A stretch of DNA of 64,000 nucleotides. Origin: Escherichia coli (GTDB lineage: Bacteria > Pseudomonadota > Gammaproteobacteria > Enterobacterales > Enterobacteriaceae). Below the pieces are notes generated by a model. The model was not told the DNA's origin, searched no databases, and was given only the letters and a program-made list of their open reading frames with translations. Below are positions 44,447 to 55,820 of the stretch, piece after piece. The stretch's first letter is position 1; every line of letters begins with the position of its first letter. Made by a program: the position numbers and the translations under genes. The DNA lies in assembly GCF_016026235.1 (NCBI RefSeq), contig NZ_CP065613.1, one strand, 5' to 3'.

Positions 44447-45706
44447 ATGACACGGGCCGTGAAACCGCGCAGGTTTGCAATCAGGCCCATCATCTACGCC
44501 AGCGTTCTTAGCGCTGGCGTATTGTTGTGCGCCTTTTCCGCCCACGCGGATGAGCGTGACCAACTCAAATCTATTCAGGCCGATATCGCCGCGAAAGAGC
44601 GCGCGGTACGCCAAAAGCAACAACAACGCGCAAGCCTGCTCGCACAATTGAAAAAGCAGGAAGAAGCGATCTCGGAAGCCACCCGTAAGCTGCGCGAAAC
44701 GCAAAACACGCTCAATCAACTCAATAAACAGATTGATGAGATGAACGCGTCGATTGCCAAACTGGAGCAGCAAAAAGCCGCCCAGGAGCGCAGCCTCGCC
44801 GCACAACTGGATGCCGCATTCCGTCAGGGCGAGCATACCGGTATTCAGCTGATTCTCAGCGGTGAAGAAAGCCAGCGTGGACAGCGTTTACAGGCTTATT
44901 TCGGCTATCTCAACCAGGCGCGACAAGAAACCATTGCCCAGTTGAAGCAAACGCGTGAAGAAGTCGCCATGCAGCGTGCTGAACTGGAAGAGAAACAGAG
45001 CGAGCAACAAACGCTGTTATATGAGCAGCGCGCCCAACAGGCGAAACTGACTCAGGCGCTGAACGAGCGTAAAAAGACGCTGGCAGGGCTGGAGTCTTCC
45101 ATCCAGCAAGGTCAGCAACAGTTGAGCGAGCTGCGCGCCAACGAATCCCGTCTGCGTAACAGCATTGCCCGTGCGGAAGCCGCGGCGAAAGCGCGTGCAG
45201 AACGAGAAGCACGTGAGGCCCAGGCGGTTCGCGACCGCCAGAAAGAAGCGACGCGTAAAGGCACCACCTACAAACCGACTGAAAGCGAAAAATCGCTGAT
45301 GTCCCGTACCGGTGGTCTGGGCGCGCCGCGTGGTCAGGCATTCTGGCCGGTTCGCGGGCCGACGCTGCATCGCTATGGCGAGCAGCTACAGGGTGAATTA
45401 CGCTGGAAAGGGATGGTGATTGGTGCCTCTGAAGGTACTGAAGTTAAAGCGATTGCCGACGGTCGGGTGATTCTGGCTGACTGGCTGCAAGGCTACGGTC
45501 TGGTGGTGGTGGTTGAGCATGGTAAAGGCGACATGAGTCTTTATGGCTATAATCAGAGCGCACTGGTGAGCGTTGGTTCGCAGGTTCGCGCGGGCCAGCC
45601 AATTGCACTGGTGGGCAGCAGTGGCGGTCAGGGTCGGCCTTCACTCTATTTCGAAATTCGCCGCCAGGGTCAGGCGGTCAATCCACAGCCGTGGTTGGGA
45701 AGATAA
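44447..45706 (+). CDS. envC: Murein hydrolase activator EnvC (LytM/M23-domain, coiled-coil)
   Basis: Start trimmed to MTRAVKPRRFAIRPIIYASVLSAG… (419 aa); long coiled coil plus C-terminal M23 domain. Confidence 0.9.
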   Translation: MTRAVKPRRFAIRPIIYASVLSAGVLLCAFSAHADERDQLKSIQADIAAKERAVRQKQQQRASLLAQLKKQEEAISEATRKLRETQNTLNQLNKQIDEMNASIAKLEQQKAAQERSLAAQLDAAFRQGEHTGIQLILSGEESQRGQRLQAYFGYLNQARQETIAQLKQTREEVAMQRAELEEKQSEQQTLLYEQRAQQAKLTQALNERKKTLAGLESSIQQGQQQLSELRANESRLRNSIARAEAAAKARAEREAREAQAVRDRQKEATRKGTTYKPTESEKSLMSRTGGLGAPRGQAFWPVRGPTLHRYGEQLQGELRWKGMVIGASEGTEVKAIADGRVILADWLQGYGLVVVVEHGKGDMSLYGYNQSALVSVGSQVRAGQPIALVGSSGGQGRPSLYFEIRRQGQAVNPQPWLGR

Positions 45707-45709
45707 GTT

Positions 45710-46669
45710 TTGTTTCCATTTCGTCGTAACGTTCTTGCATTTGCCGCTCTGTTGGCGCTCTCCTCCCCCGTACTTGCTGGCAAACTTGCCATCGTCATTG
45801 ATGATTTTGGGTATCGCCCGCACAACGAAAACCAGGTGCTGGCGATGCCTTCCGCTATCTCCGTCGCTGTATTACCCGATTCACCGCACGCCAGAGAGAT
45901 GGCGACCAAAGCGCATAACAGCGGTCACGAAGTGTTGATTCATCTCCCGATGGCACCGTTGAGTAAACAGCCGCTGGAGAAAAATACGCTACGCCCGGAG
46001 ATGAGCAGCGACGAAATTGAGCGCATTATTCGTAGTGCGGTCAATAACGTGCCCTATGCCGTGGGGATCAACAACCACATGGGCAGCAAGATGACCTCTA
46101 ACCTGTTTGGTATGCAGAAAGTGATGCAGGCGCTGGAGCGTTACAATCTTTACTTCCTCGACAGCGTAACCATTGGTAATACCCAGGCGATGCGCGCCGC
46201 GCAAGGCACTGGCGTGAAGGTTATTAAACGGAAGGTGTTCCTCGACGATTCACAGAACGAAGCGGACATCCGTGTGCAGTTCAATCGCGCAATTGATCTG
46301 GCGCGTCGCAACGGTTCAACCATTGCCATTGGGCATCCTCACCCTTCAACGGTACGCGTGCTACAACAGATGGTTTATAACCTGCCGCCAGACATTACGC
46401 TGGTGAAAGCCAGCAGCCTGCTGAATGAACCGCAGGTTGATACGTCTACACAGCCGAAAAACACTGTGCCCGACACACCGCGTAATCCGTTCCGTGGCGT
46501 GAAGCTGTGCAAACCGAAGAAACCGATAGAACCTGTTTATGCTAATCGCTTCTTTGAAGTATTAAGCGAAAGTATCAGCCAGAGCACGCTGATCGTTTAC
46601 TTCCAGCATCAGTGGCAAGGCTGGGGCAAACAGCCCGAAGCGGCGAAACTTAACGCTAGCGCAAATTAA
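45710..46669 (+). CDS. yibQ: Divergent polysaccharide deacetylase family protein
   Basis: 319-aa ORF with a signal peptide; position after envC matches yibQ. Confidence 0.8.
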   Translation: MFPFRRNVLAFAALLALSSPVLAGKLAIVIDDFGYRPHNENQVLAMPSAISVAVLPDSPHAREMATKAHNSGHEVLIHLPMAPLSKQPLEKNTLRPEMSSDEIERIIRSAVNNVPYAVGINNHMGSKMTSNLFGMQKVMQALERYNLYFLDSVTIGNTQAMRAAQGTGVKVIKRKVFLDDSQNEADIRVQFNRAIDLARRNGSTIAIGHPHPSTVRVLQQMVYNLPPDITLVKASSLLNEPQVDTSTQPKNTVPDTPRNPFRGVKLCKPKKPIEPVYANRFFEVLSESISQSTLIVYFQHQWQGWGKQPEAAKLNASAN

Positions 46670-47690
46670 AGGCGCTACGCGTAATGCGATGGTGCGACCG
46701 CGTTTTGTCGCGCCATTGCCATAAGCGGAAAGACCACAGTAACGCCTGGTAACCCACCTTCACGCTGCGCACATTGGTAATCAGGCGCTTATACATACCG
46801 GAAGTAAATATCTCGGCAATCATCCGTTGGCGGGTAAGAATATCCGGCTCTTTGCGCACCGCATGGCAAACACGCAATGCTTCGTAAGTTATTTGCTGAT
46901 GAAATTCCGGATAAATCGTAATTTTGTCGGCATAATTTCGATTTAATTTCTCCAGCAGGCGGGTAATCTTAATATAGTGACGTTGATAATTAAGGTTTTT
47001 ATTCCCTTGTCTATGCAACCGACTCACTGACGTATTATGCAGATAATATTTATATAATGATTGCTCGGTATATCGCGCACGCAGCGCATTAAACATGAAT
47101 TCTGTTGTCCAGACAATATCCTGATGATGTAATCCGGCAATAAATTTAATGTTATTTTTAACAATAACATCGCGGCGATAAACCCCCATCCAGACAACGT
47201 GAGTCCAACGGCGCGAAGAAAGCCCCATCCGCAGCCAGTCCGGGCCGGTTAATACACCGGTTGAGCGAAGGCGATCGCTGGGGATGGATTGCCAGGTTTC
47301 TCCCGTTTCACGAAAACACCAGTCAGCGTTGCACTGCGCCACGTCGAGGTCGTCCTCTAACGCCATGGTCATCAGCGTTTCGTACATGGTGGGATAGACT
47401 TCATCGTCAGCATCGACAAAAGCGACATATTTGTCCGTTGCCACTTCAATCCCACGATTACGCGCCACCGATGCGCCAGCATTCGCCTGATGCAACAAAC
47501 GAACGTGCGGATAGTTTTCTGCGTAATGCTTTGCTATTTCAACAGAATTATCCGTTGAACCATCGTTAATAATAATGATTTCCAGAGCAGTCCAGGTTTG
47601 CGTAATTAAAGATTCCATACAAGTGCGGAAATCATCGCCCGCATTATATAACGGAATAATAACACTAAGTTTATTGGTGCTGTTCATCAT
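46656..47690 (-). CDS. waaH: GT2-family LPS core glucuronosyltransferase
   Basis: 344-aa ORF with the N-terminal GT2 signature (LSVIIPLYNAGDDF…IIINDGSTDNS); position matches waaH (yibD); 14-bp convergent overlap with yibQ. Confidence 0.8.
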   Translation of the reverse strand: MMNSTNKLSVIIPLYNAGDDFRTCMESLITQTWTALEIIIINDGSTDNSVEIAKHYAENYPHVRLLHQANAGASVARNRGIEVATDKYVAFVDADDEVYPTMYETLMTMALEDDLDVAQCNADWCFRETGETWQSIPSDRLRSTGVLTGPDWLRMGLSSRRWTHVVWMGVYRRDVIVKNNIKFIAGLHHQDIVWTTEFMFNALRARYTEQSLYKYYLHNTSVSRLHRQGNKNLNYQRHYIKITRLLEKLNRNYADKITIYPEFHQQITYEALRVCHAVRKEPDILTRQRMIAEIFTSGMYKRLITNVRSVKVGYQALLWSFRLWQWRDKTRSHHRITRSAFNLR

Positions 47691-47900
47691 AAATTACCGA
47701 CGACCTCTGAAGTTATCCTGACGTTTTACAGGCTTTGTATTAAGAAACTATTAAGCCTGTGAGATATTCTTTTTACAGGTGAGAGAGTCACTTCAGGGTA
47801 GAGAGATAATGAGAGCAGCTATATAAGAGATCAGCACAATTACGAACTCTTTATTACACTGACAGGATTTTACATATTTAACAGATTATCCTCAGATAAA

Positions 47901-47920
47901 AGGGCTGGAATACCAGCCCT
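47901..47920 (-). terminator. Candidate terminator downstream of tdh
   Basis: Hairpin AGGGCTGG-AATA-CCAGCCCT immediately after the tdh stop; a T-rich tract follows on the minus strand. Confidence 0.5.
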
Positions 47921-47928
47921 TGTTCGTG

Positions 47929-48954
47929 TTAATCCCAGCTCAGAATAACTTTCCCAGACTGGCCCGAACGCATAGCGTCAAAGCCCTTCTGGAAATCATC
48001 GATAGAGAAACGATGGGTAATGATCGGCGAGAGATCGAGGCCAGACTGAATCAGCGCCGCCATCTTGTACCAGGTTTCAAACATCTCACGACCGTAAATG
48101 CCTTTAATGAACAAGCCCTTAAAGATCACTTTTGTCCAGTCTATCGACATGTCAGAAGGTGGAATACCCAGCATCGCAATACGACCGCCGTGGTTCATGG
48201 TGTCGAGCATGGTACGAAACGCTGGCGGCGCACCGGACATTTCCAGACCGACATCAAAGCCTTCGGTCATGCCCAGTTCTGCCATCACATCATTAAGGTT
48301 TTCTTTAGCGACGTTGACCGCACGGGTGATACCCATTTTGCGCGCCAGCTCAAGGCGGTATTCGTTAACATCGGTGATCACCACATTGCGTGCACCAACG
48401 TGTTTCGCCACCGCCGCAGCCATAATACCTATCGGACCTGCACCAGAAACCAGCACATCTTCGCCCACCAGATCGAACGACAGCGCGGTATGCACGGCGT
48501 TACCGAAGGGATCAAAAATGGAAGCCAGGTCGTCGGAGATATTGTCGGGGATTTTGAAAGCGTTGAACGCCGGAATCACCAGATATTCGGCGAAGCAGCC
48601 CGGACGGTTAACACCGACACCAATGGTGTTGCGGCACAGATGGGTACGACCGCCACGACAGTTGCGACAGTGACCGCAGGTGATATGGCCTTCGCCAGAA
48701 ACGCGATCGCCGATTTTGAAGCCTTTCACTTCCTGACCAATACCTACCACTTCACCGACATATTCATGGCCTACGACCATCGGCACCGGGATGGTTTTTT
48801 GCGACCACTCATCCCAGTTATAGATGTGAACGTCAGTCCCGCAGATGGCTGTTTTACGGATTTTAATCAGCAGATCGTTATGCCCGAGTTCCGGTACAGG
48901 AACGTCGGTCATCCAGATGCCCTCTTCCGCTTTCAGTTTGGATAACGCTTTCAT
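47929..48954 (-). CDS. tdh: L-threonine 3-dehydrogenase
   Basis: 341-aa ORF starting [32 protein letters not shown]… (zinc-ADH family), matching Tdh. Confidence 0.93.
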
Positions 48955-48963
48955 TTCACATCC

Positions 48964-50160
48964 TCAGGCGATAACGCCCAGTTGTTTACCAATACGCGTG
49001 AATGCTTCTACTGCGCGCGTAATTTGCTCAGGGGTATGCGCCGCAGACATCTGGGTACGAATACGCGCCTGACCTTTCGGAACGACCGGATAGAAGAAAC
49101 CGGTGACGTAAATCCCCTCTTTTTGCAGCTCACGAGCAAATTTCTGCGCCACTACCGCATCACCAAGCATGACCGGAATAATGGCGTGATCGGCTCCCGC
49201 CAGGGTAAAGCCCGCTGCCGACATTTGCTCACGGAACTGACGCGCGTTCGCCCACAGACGGTCACGCAGCTCGCTACCCGCTTCAACCATCTCCAGCACT
49301 TTGATGGAAGCGGCAACAATGGCCGGCGCCAGCGAGTTGGAGAACAGGTACGGACGAGAACGCTGGCGCAGCCACTCAACCACTTCTTTGCGCGCCGCGG
49401 TATAACCACCAGAAGCCCCGCCTAAGGCTTTACCGAGCGTGCCGGTGATGATGTCGACACGCCCCATCACATCGCAGTATTCATGGGAACCACGACCATT
49501 TTCACCGACAAAACCGACCGCGTGGGAGTCGTCTACCATCACCAGGGCATCGTATTTATCTGCCAGATCGCAAACGCCCTTCAGATTGGCAATCACGCCG
49601 TCCATTGAGAACACACCATCGGTGGCAATCAGCACATGACGCGCACCGGCTTCACGCGCTTCTTTCAGACGTGCTTCCAGCTCCTGCATATCGTTGTTGG
49701 CATAGCGATAGCGTTTAGCTTTGCACAGACGCACACCATCAATAATAGACGCGTGGTTCAGTGCGTCGGAGATAATGGCGTCTTCCGCACCCAGCAGCGT
49801 TTCAAACAGTCCACCGTTAGCATCAAAGCAGGAAGAGTAGAGAATCGCATCTTCCATCCCCAGGAATGCCGCCAGTTTTTGTTCAAGCTCTTTATGGCTG
49901 TCCTGAGTGCCGCAAATAAAACGCACCGAAGCCATGCCGAAACCGTGAGAATCCATTCCCGCCTTTGCTGCCGCAATCAGATCCGGATGATTCGCCAGCC
50001 CGAGATAGTTGTTGGCACAAAAGTTAATGACGTGGCTTCCATCAGCCACAGTGATATCTGCTTGCTGCGCAGACGTAATAATGCGCTCTTCTTTAAACAA
50101 CCCTTCCGCCCGTGCGGTTTCCAGATCGTTGGTTAACTGCTGATAAAATTCTCCACGCAT
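48964..50160 (-). CDS. kbl: 2-amino-3-ketobutyrate CoA ligase (glycine C-acetyltransferase)
   Basis: 398-aa ORF, PLP-dependent; upstream of tdh in the same orientation (kbl-tdh operon). Confidence 0.93.
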   Translation of the reverse strand: MRGEFYQQLTNDLETARAEGLFKEERIITSAQQADITVADGSHVINFCANNYLGLANHPDLIAAAKAGMDSHGFGMASVRFICGTQDSHKELEQKLAAFLGMEDAILYSSCFDANGGLFETLLGAEDAIISDALNHASIIDGVRLCKAKRYRYANNDMQELEARLKEAREAGARHVLIATDGVFSMDGVIANLKGVCDLADKYDALVMVDDSHAVGFVGENGRGSHEYCDVMGRVDIITGTLGKALGGASGGYTAARKEVVEWLRQRSRPYLFSNSLAPAIVAASIKVLEMVEAGSELRDRLWANARQFREQMSAAGFTLAGADHAIIPVMLGDAVVAQKFARELQKEGIYVTGFFYPVVPKGQARIRTQMSAAHTPEQITRAVEAFTRIGKQLGVIA

Positions 50161-50361
50161 TGCGATTCTCCAGACAGGGCAAATTCCAGCACATATTACC
50201 CAAACTTATACGTCGCGACGAGATGACGCGTTAACACTTCTGCAAAATTCAGGATAAATAACGTGTAACTTGATGTCTCTCAACACCTACAGATAGTAGA
50301 AAAACTGTACAGTTTTGGCTGGGCATAATGATGATTGATTTTACTGCATTGATATAAAAAG

Positions 50362-50388
50362 AAAAAATGATGCCAAAGCATCATTTTT
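50362..50388. terminator. Bidirectional rho-independent terminator downstream of htrL
   Basis: A-run, hairpin ATGATGC-CAAA-GCATCAT, T-run. Confidence 0.55.
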
Positions 50389-50434
50389 CCTATCTCAGTT
50401 GGTATCAAAACGCTACCCACTAATGGAGGGAAAC

Positions 50435-51307
50435 CTATTTTCTTGAAAGGAAAATTCTCAGCGCCTGCATTTTTGCCCCTAAAGTGTTACTCCTGAAGCA
50501 GCGAAACAAATCGAACCATTTTCCTCTCCCCAGATAGTTTAGGTTGAAGAGATCGGGGCGTTTGTAATAGCACATGACAAAAATGCCCTGGTCATCATCC
50601 ACAATGTTATTATTTAGTGTTATTTTTTGACTTTCCAGAACTAATTTATAGAATTCTTTCCATTTATGCTGTGAACCAACAATTGCGCCCCCAATAATAT
50701 ATACATGATTGCCAATCATGAAATCAAAAACCTGTTGTTGAGATGTGACAGTAAGCCCTTTTTTTATAGTGAAAAGATGCATCTTACTTTCATCAAATGG
50801 GAAATCCCAAATTTTCAATCCTCGAGTTACATTTGGCTTACGGCAATAGCCAAAATCTATCCACGCAACAAGAGGCGTTTTCACTAAGCCCATGTTGATA
50901 GCTTTATTTACAAAATAGGCCTTAAGGTTACATACCAATACATACTCTGGTGACCAGTACTCTGGGTTTTTTAATTGTCGAGGCTCAAGTCTATTTGTAA
51001 ACGACTCATCTTTTTGAATTTTTTCGATACGACTTCTGATATATCTAAATTTCTTTTTTATATCGATAACGATAACCGTTGTTGGTTTTCCGTTGCGAAT
51101 CGCTTCAACCCTTGGTTTCAAATCGGGAGAAGTGAAAATAATCATCTCATTTTCAAGTGCGGCCAGACGCTCAAAGTAACTAAAATAAACATCAACTGAA
51201 CGAGCTAGTTTTTCACGGAACCCTTTATTAGCAGTCCAATCCCCTCTACCAATGTCAAAATATGCAGTGATAATTGTGGTGGATGATTTCATTACTAATA
51301 AGACCAT
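50435..51307 (-). CDS. htrL: HtrL/YibB-family protein (LPS-locus associated, function unclear)
   Basis: 290-aa ORF, AT-rich, located between kbl and hldD as htrL is in E. coli. Confidence 0.7.
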   Translation of the reverse strand: MVLLVMKSSTTIITAYFDIGRGDWTANKGFREKLARSVDVYFSYFERLAALENEMIIFTSPDLKPRVEAIRNGKPTTVIVIDIKKKFRYIRSRIEKIQKDESFTNRLEPRQLKNPEYWSPEYVLVCNLKAYFVNKAINMGLVKTPLVAWIDFGYCRKPNVTRGLKIWDFPFDESKMHLFTIKKGLTVTSQQQVFDFMIGNHVYIIGGAIVGSQHKWKEFYKLVLESQKITLNNNIVDDDQGIFVMCYYKRPDLFNLNYLGRGKWFDLFRCFRSNTLGAKMQALRIFLSRK

Positions 51308-51595
51308 TAATATAAAAAAAGAATTATATCATAAATATTAACAGAATGTATACTGTATATTATCCATTCAAATGCTTCCGTTATTTATCATACATCGGAA
51401 TATTGATACTAAAGCACTATTCACATGCAAAACCAACATCCGCCATGAAGGACTAGCTAAAACCCAAACTAGTTTGTTGCAATTAGCATCCTTGCACCTC
51501 TATGTAAAGGGCTGAAGGGATTCGGATGTGATGGTATGATTACAGACATTCGTGTCTGAGATTGTCTCTGACTCCATAATTCGAAGGTTACAGTT

Positions 51596-52528
51596 ATGAT
51601 CATCGTTACCGGCGGCGCGGGCTTTATCGGCAGCAACATCGTTAAAGCCCTGAATGATAAAGGCATCACCGATATTCTGGTGGTGGACAACCTGAAAGAC
51701 GGCACCAAGTTTGTGAACCTGGTGGATCTGAATATCGCAGACTATATGGATAAGGAAGACTTCCTGATCCAGATTATGGCTGGCGAAGAGTTCGGCGATG
51801 TCGAAGCGATTTTCCACGAAGGCGCGTGCTCTTCCACCACCGAGTGGGACGGCAAGTATATGATGGATAACAACTATCAATACTCCAAGGAGCTGCTGCA
51901 CTACTGCCTGGAGCGTGAAATCCCGTTCCTGTACGCTTCTTCCGCAGCCACCTACGGCGGACGCACCTCCGACTTTATTGAATCCCGCGAGTACGAAAAA
52001 CCGTTGAACGTCTACGGTTACTCAAAATTCCTGTTTGATGAATATGTTCGCCAAATCCTGCCGGAAGCGAACTCGCAGATTGTTGGCTTCCGCTATTTCA
52101 ACGTTTATGGACCGCGTGAAGGCCATAAAGGCAGCATGGCGAGCGTCGCTTTCCATCTCAACACCCAGCTTAATAACGGTGAATCACCGAAGCTGTTCGA
52201 AGGTAGCGAGAACTTTAAACGCGACTTCGTCTATGTTGGCGACGTGGCAGATGTAAACCTGTGGTTCCTGGAAAATGGCGTTTCCGGCATCTTCAACCTC
52301 GGCACCGGTCGTGCGGAATCCTTCCAGGCTGTAGCTGATGCTACGCTGGCTTATCACAAGAAAGGCCAGATCGAATACATTCCGTTCCCGGATAAGCTGA
52401 AAGGCCGCTACCAGGCGTTCACTCAGGCAGATCTGACAAATCTGCGCGCGGCGGGTTACGACAAACCGTTCAAAACCGTTGCTGAAGGTGTAACGGAATA
52501 CATGGCCTGGCTGAATCGCGACGCATAA
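51596..52528 (+). CDS. hldD: ADP-L-glycero-D-manno-heptose-6-epimerase
   Basis: 310-aa ORF starting [23 protein letters not shown]… (NAD-binding Rossmann fold), matching HldD/RfaD. Confidence 0.93.
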
Positions 52529-52537
52529 GAGCTCTGC

Positions 52538-53584
52538 ATGAAAATACTGGTGATCGGCCCGTCTTGGGTTGGCGACATGATGATGTCGCAAAGTCTCTAT
52601 CGCACGCTCCAGGCGCGCTATCCCCAGGCGATAATCGATGTGATGGCACCGGCATGGTGCCGTCCATTATTATCGCGGATGCCGGAAGTTAACGAAGCTA
52701 TCCCTATGCCTCTCGGTCACGGAGCGCTGGAAATCGGCGAACGCCGCAAACTGGGTCATAGCCTGCGTGAAAAGCGCTACGACCGCGCCTACGTCTTACC
52801 TAACTCCTTCAAATCCGCATTAGTGCCTTTCTTCGCGGGTATTCCTCATCGCACCGGCTGGCGCGGCGAGATGCGCTACGGTTTACTCAACGATGTACGC
52901 GTGCTCGATAAAGAAGCCTGGCCGCTAATGGTGGAACGCTATGTCGCGCTGGCCTATGACAAAGGCGTGATGCGTACCGCACAAGATCTACCAAAACCGT
53001 TGTTATGGCCGCAATTGCAGGTGAGCGAAGGTGAAAAATCATATACCTGTAATCAATTTTCGCTTTCATCAGAACGTCCGATGATTGGCTTTTGCCCGGG
53101 TGCGGAGTTTGGTCCGGCAAAACGCTGGCCACACTACCACTATGCGGAGCTGGCAAAGCAGCTGATTGATGAAGGTTATCAGGTGGTTCTGTTTGGCTCG
53201 GCGAAAGATCATGAAGCGGGCAATGAGATTCTTGCCGCTTTGAATACCGAGCAGCAGGCATGGTGTCGGAACCTGGCGGGGGAAACACAGCTTGATCAAG
53301 CGGTTATCCTGATTGCAGCCTGTAAAGCCATTGTCACTAACGATTCTGGCCTGATGCACGTTGCGGCGGCGCTCAATCGTCCGCTGGTTGCCCTGTATGG
53401 TCCGAGTAGCCCGGACTTCACACCGCCGCTATCCCATAAAGCGCGCGTGATCCGTCTGATTACCGGCTATCACAAAGTGCGTAAAGGTGACGCTGCGGAG
53501 GGTTATCACCAGAGCTTGATCGACATGACTCCCCAGCGCGTACTGGAAGAACTCAACGCGCTATTGTTACAAGAGGAAGCCTGA
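52538..53584 (+). CDS. waaF: LPS heptosyltransferase II
   Basis: 348-aa ORF of the GT9 family starting MKILVIGPSWVGDMMMSQ…. Confidence 0.9.
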   Translation: MKILVIGPSWVGDMMMSQSLYRTLQARYPQAIIDVMAPAWCRPLLSRMPEVNEAIPMPLGHGALEIGERRKLGHSLREKRYDRAYVLPNSFKSALVPFFAGIPHRTGWRGEMRYGLLNDVRVLDKEAWPLMVERYVALAYDKGVMRTAQDLPKPLLWPQLQVSEGEKSYTCNQFSLSSERPMIGFCPGAEFGPAKRWPHYHYAELAKQLIDEGYQVVLFGSAKDHEAGNEILAALNTEQQAWCRNLAGETQLDQAVILIAACKAIVTNDSGLMHVAAALNRPLVALYGPSSPDFTPPLSHKARVIRLITGYHKVRKGDAAEGYHQSLIDMTPQRVLEELNALLLQEEA

Positions 53585-53587
53585 CGG

Positions 53588-54580
53588 ATGCGGGTTTTGA
53601 TCGTTAAAACATCGTCGATGGGTGATGTTCTCCATACGTTGCCCGCACTCACTGATGCCCAGCAGGCAATCCCAGGGATTAAGTTTGACTGGGTGGTGGA
53701 AGAAGGGTTCGCACAGATTCCTTCCTGGCACGCTGCCGTTGAGCGAGTTATTCCTGTGGCAATACGTCGCTGGCGTAAAGCCTGGTTCTCGGCCTCCATA
53801 AAAGCTGAACGCAAAGCGTTTCGTGAAGCGCTACAAGCAGAGAACTATGACGCAGTTATCGACGCTCAGGGGCTGGTAAAAAGCGCGGCGCTGGTGACGC
53901 GTCTGGCGCATGGCGTAAAGCATGGCATGGACTGGCAAACCGCTCGCGAACCTTTAGCCAGCCTGTTTTACAATCGTAAGCATCATATTGCAAAACAGCA
54001 GCACGCCGTAGAACGCACCCGCGAACTGTTTGCCAAAAGTTTGGGCTATAGCAAACCGCAAACCCAGGGCGATTATGCTATCGCACAGCATTTTCTGACG
54101 AACCTGCCTACAGATGCTGGCGAATATGCCGTATTTCTTCATGCGACGACCCGTGATGATAAACACTGGCCGGAAGAACACTGGCGAGAATTGATTGGTT
54201 TACTGGCTGATTCAGGAATACGGATTAAACTTCCGTGGGGCGCGCCGCATGAGGAAGAACGGGCGAAACGACTGGCGGAAGGATTTGCTTATGTTGAAGT
54301 ATTGCCGAAGATGAGTCTGGAAGGCGTTGCCCGCGTGCTGGCCGGGGCTAAATTTGTAGTGTCGGTGGATACGGGGTTAAGCCATTTAACGGCGGCACTG
54401 GATAGACCCAATATCACGGTTTATGGACCAACCGATCCGGGATTAATTGGTGGGTATGGGAAGAATCAAGTAGAGTGTCGTTCTACAAGTATGTCTCTTG
54501 CAGATTTGCCAGCTCAAACCGTTTTTCAAAATTTAAATCTTGAAATAATAACCAATAAGTTGACATCGGAGATAAGATGA
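53588..54580 (+). CDS. waaC: LPS heptosyltransferase I
   Basis: 330-aa ORF of the GT9 family starting MRVLIVKTSSMGDVLHTLPALTDA…. Confidence 0.9.
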   Translation: MRVLIVKTSSMGDVLHTLPALTDAQQAIPGIKFDWVVEEGFAQIPSWHAAVERVIPVAIRRWRKAWFSASIKAERKAFREALQAENYDAVIDAQGLVKSAALVTRLAHGVKHGMDWQTAREPLASLFYNRKHHIAKQQHAVERTRELFAKSLGYSKPQTQGDYAIAQHFLTNLPTDAGEYAVFLHATTRDDKHWPEEHWRELIGLLADSGIRIKLPWGAPHEEERAKRLAEGFAYVEVLPKMSLEGVARVLAGAKFVVSVDTGLSHLTAALDRPNITVYGPTDPGLIGGYGKNQVECRSTSMSLADLPAQTVFQNLNLEIITNKLTSEIR

Positions 54581-55785
54581 CCTCAACATTATTTTTCTCT
54601 CTCGAGAAAAAAAACTGGATAGCGTACTGGAACAGAGCTCTCGTATTCTTATTCATTACCACCTATTTTTTGGGTGGGATTACAAGGTATAAACATCTTA
54701 TTGTTATTCTTATGACAATAACGACAATCGTCTATCTCTGCAAACGGCCAAAACACTATCTCTCACTATTTAAAACATTTCTTTTTGGTAGTGTTGCCAT
54801 ATTAACTATTGCTGCATTGCTGTCACTTCTTCAATCCCCTGATGCAGGTGCTAGCATGAAGGAAATTTTCAAAGCTATTATTGAGAATACTTTACTATGC
54901 ACAATAGCAATACCGATCATATTGAGAGACGAGAAAAGAGAAGATGTCGAAAAAATCGTTTTCTTCTCATTTATTAGTGCGTTGGGCTTACGCTGTTTTT
55001 CTGAATTGATTACCTATTATAAGGACTATCAACAAGGGATAATGCCATTCGCAGATTATAGACACCGTAGCATTTCTGACTCGATGGTCTTTTTATTCCC
55101 TGCATTGTTAAATCTCTGGCTTATCAAATCAGCAAAATACCGCATTTCTTTTGTGGTTCTAAGCGTTATTTTTATTTTTCTGATATTAGGAACTTTATCC
55201 AGAGGGGCCTGGCTTTCCGTGTTAGTCATTGGATTAATATGGATTCTGATGTTTAAACAATGGAAGTTACTATTAGTAGGAGTAATGGTTGCCATCATTG
55301 CATTGTCGGTTATTTTCACACATAAGGAGATGACCGCAAAGCTAACGTATAAACTTCAACAAACTAATAGTTCTTATCGCTATGCAAATGGTACTCAAGG
55401 CAGCGCACTCGATCTAATATTAGAAAATCCTGTTATTGGTTATGGTTACGGTAACGTTGCATATAAAGATGTCTATAATAAACGTGTCATTGATTATCCA
55501 GAATGGACCTTTAGACAATCAATAGGGCCACATAATTTTGCGCTATTCATCTGGTTTGGCACTGGTTTATTAGGGCTGGTAAGTCTTATGATGCTATACT
55601 GTGCAATATTGAAAGAGTGTATAAAAAATGGCGTCAAGAATAAATATCGCTCACCATATAATGCATATTATATAATCTTACTATCTTTTATAGGTTATTT
55701 TGTTATCCGTGGAAACGTAGAACAAATTGAACCAAATTTATTAGGCGTTTACGCCGGCTTATTATTAGCGATGAAAAACAAGTAA
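54577..55785 (+). CDS. waaL: O-antigen ligase
   Basis: 402-aa polytopic membrane protein, AT-rich, downstream of waaC and overlapping its stop. Confidence 0.8.
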   Translation: MTSTLFFSLEKKNWIAYWNRALVFLFITTYFLGGITRYKHLIVILMTITTIVYLCKRPKHYLSLFKTFLFGSVAILTIAALLSLLQSPDAGASMKEIFKAIIENTLLCTIAIPIILRDEKREDVEKIVFFSFISALGLRCFSELITYYKDYQQGIMPFADYRHRSISDSMVFLFPALLNLWLIKSAKYRISFVVLSVIFIFLILGTLSRGAWLSVLVIGLIWILMFKQWKLLLVGVMVAIIALSVIFTHKEMTAKLTYKLQQTNSSYRYANGTQGSALDLILENPVIGYGYGNVAYKDVYNKRVIDYPEWTFRQSIGPHNFALFIWFGTGLLGLVSLMMLYCAILKECIKNGVKNKYRSPYNAYYIILLSFIGYFVIRGNVEQIEPNLLGVYAGLLLAMKNK

Positions 55786-55820
55786 AAAATAAAAAAGGCT
55801 GCATAATGCGGCCTTTTTAT

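Noticed and set aside
42803-44836. Two long minus-strand ORFs (42803..43885 and 43952..44836)
   Set aside because: They are antisense to gpmI and envC, whose products are recognisable; no support for independent genes.
47920-48945. 341-aa plus-strand ORF
   Set aside because: It is the mirror image of tdh (47929..48954, minus strand), which has an unmistakable Tdh N-terminus; this is an antisense artefact.
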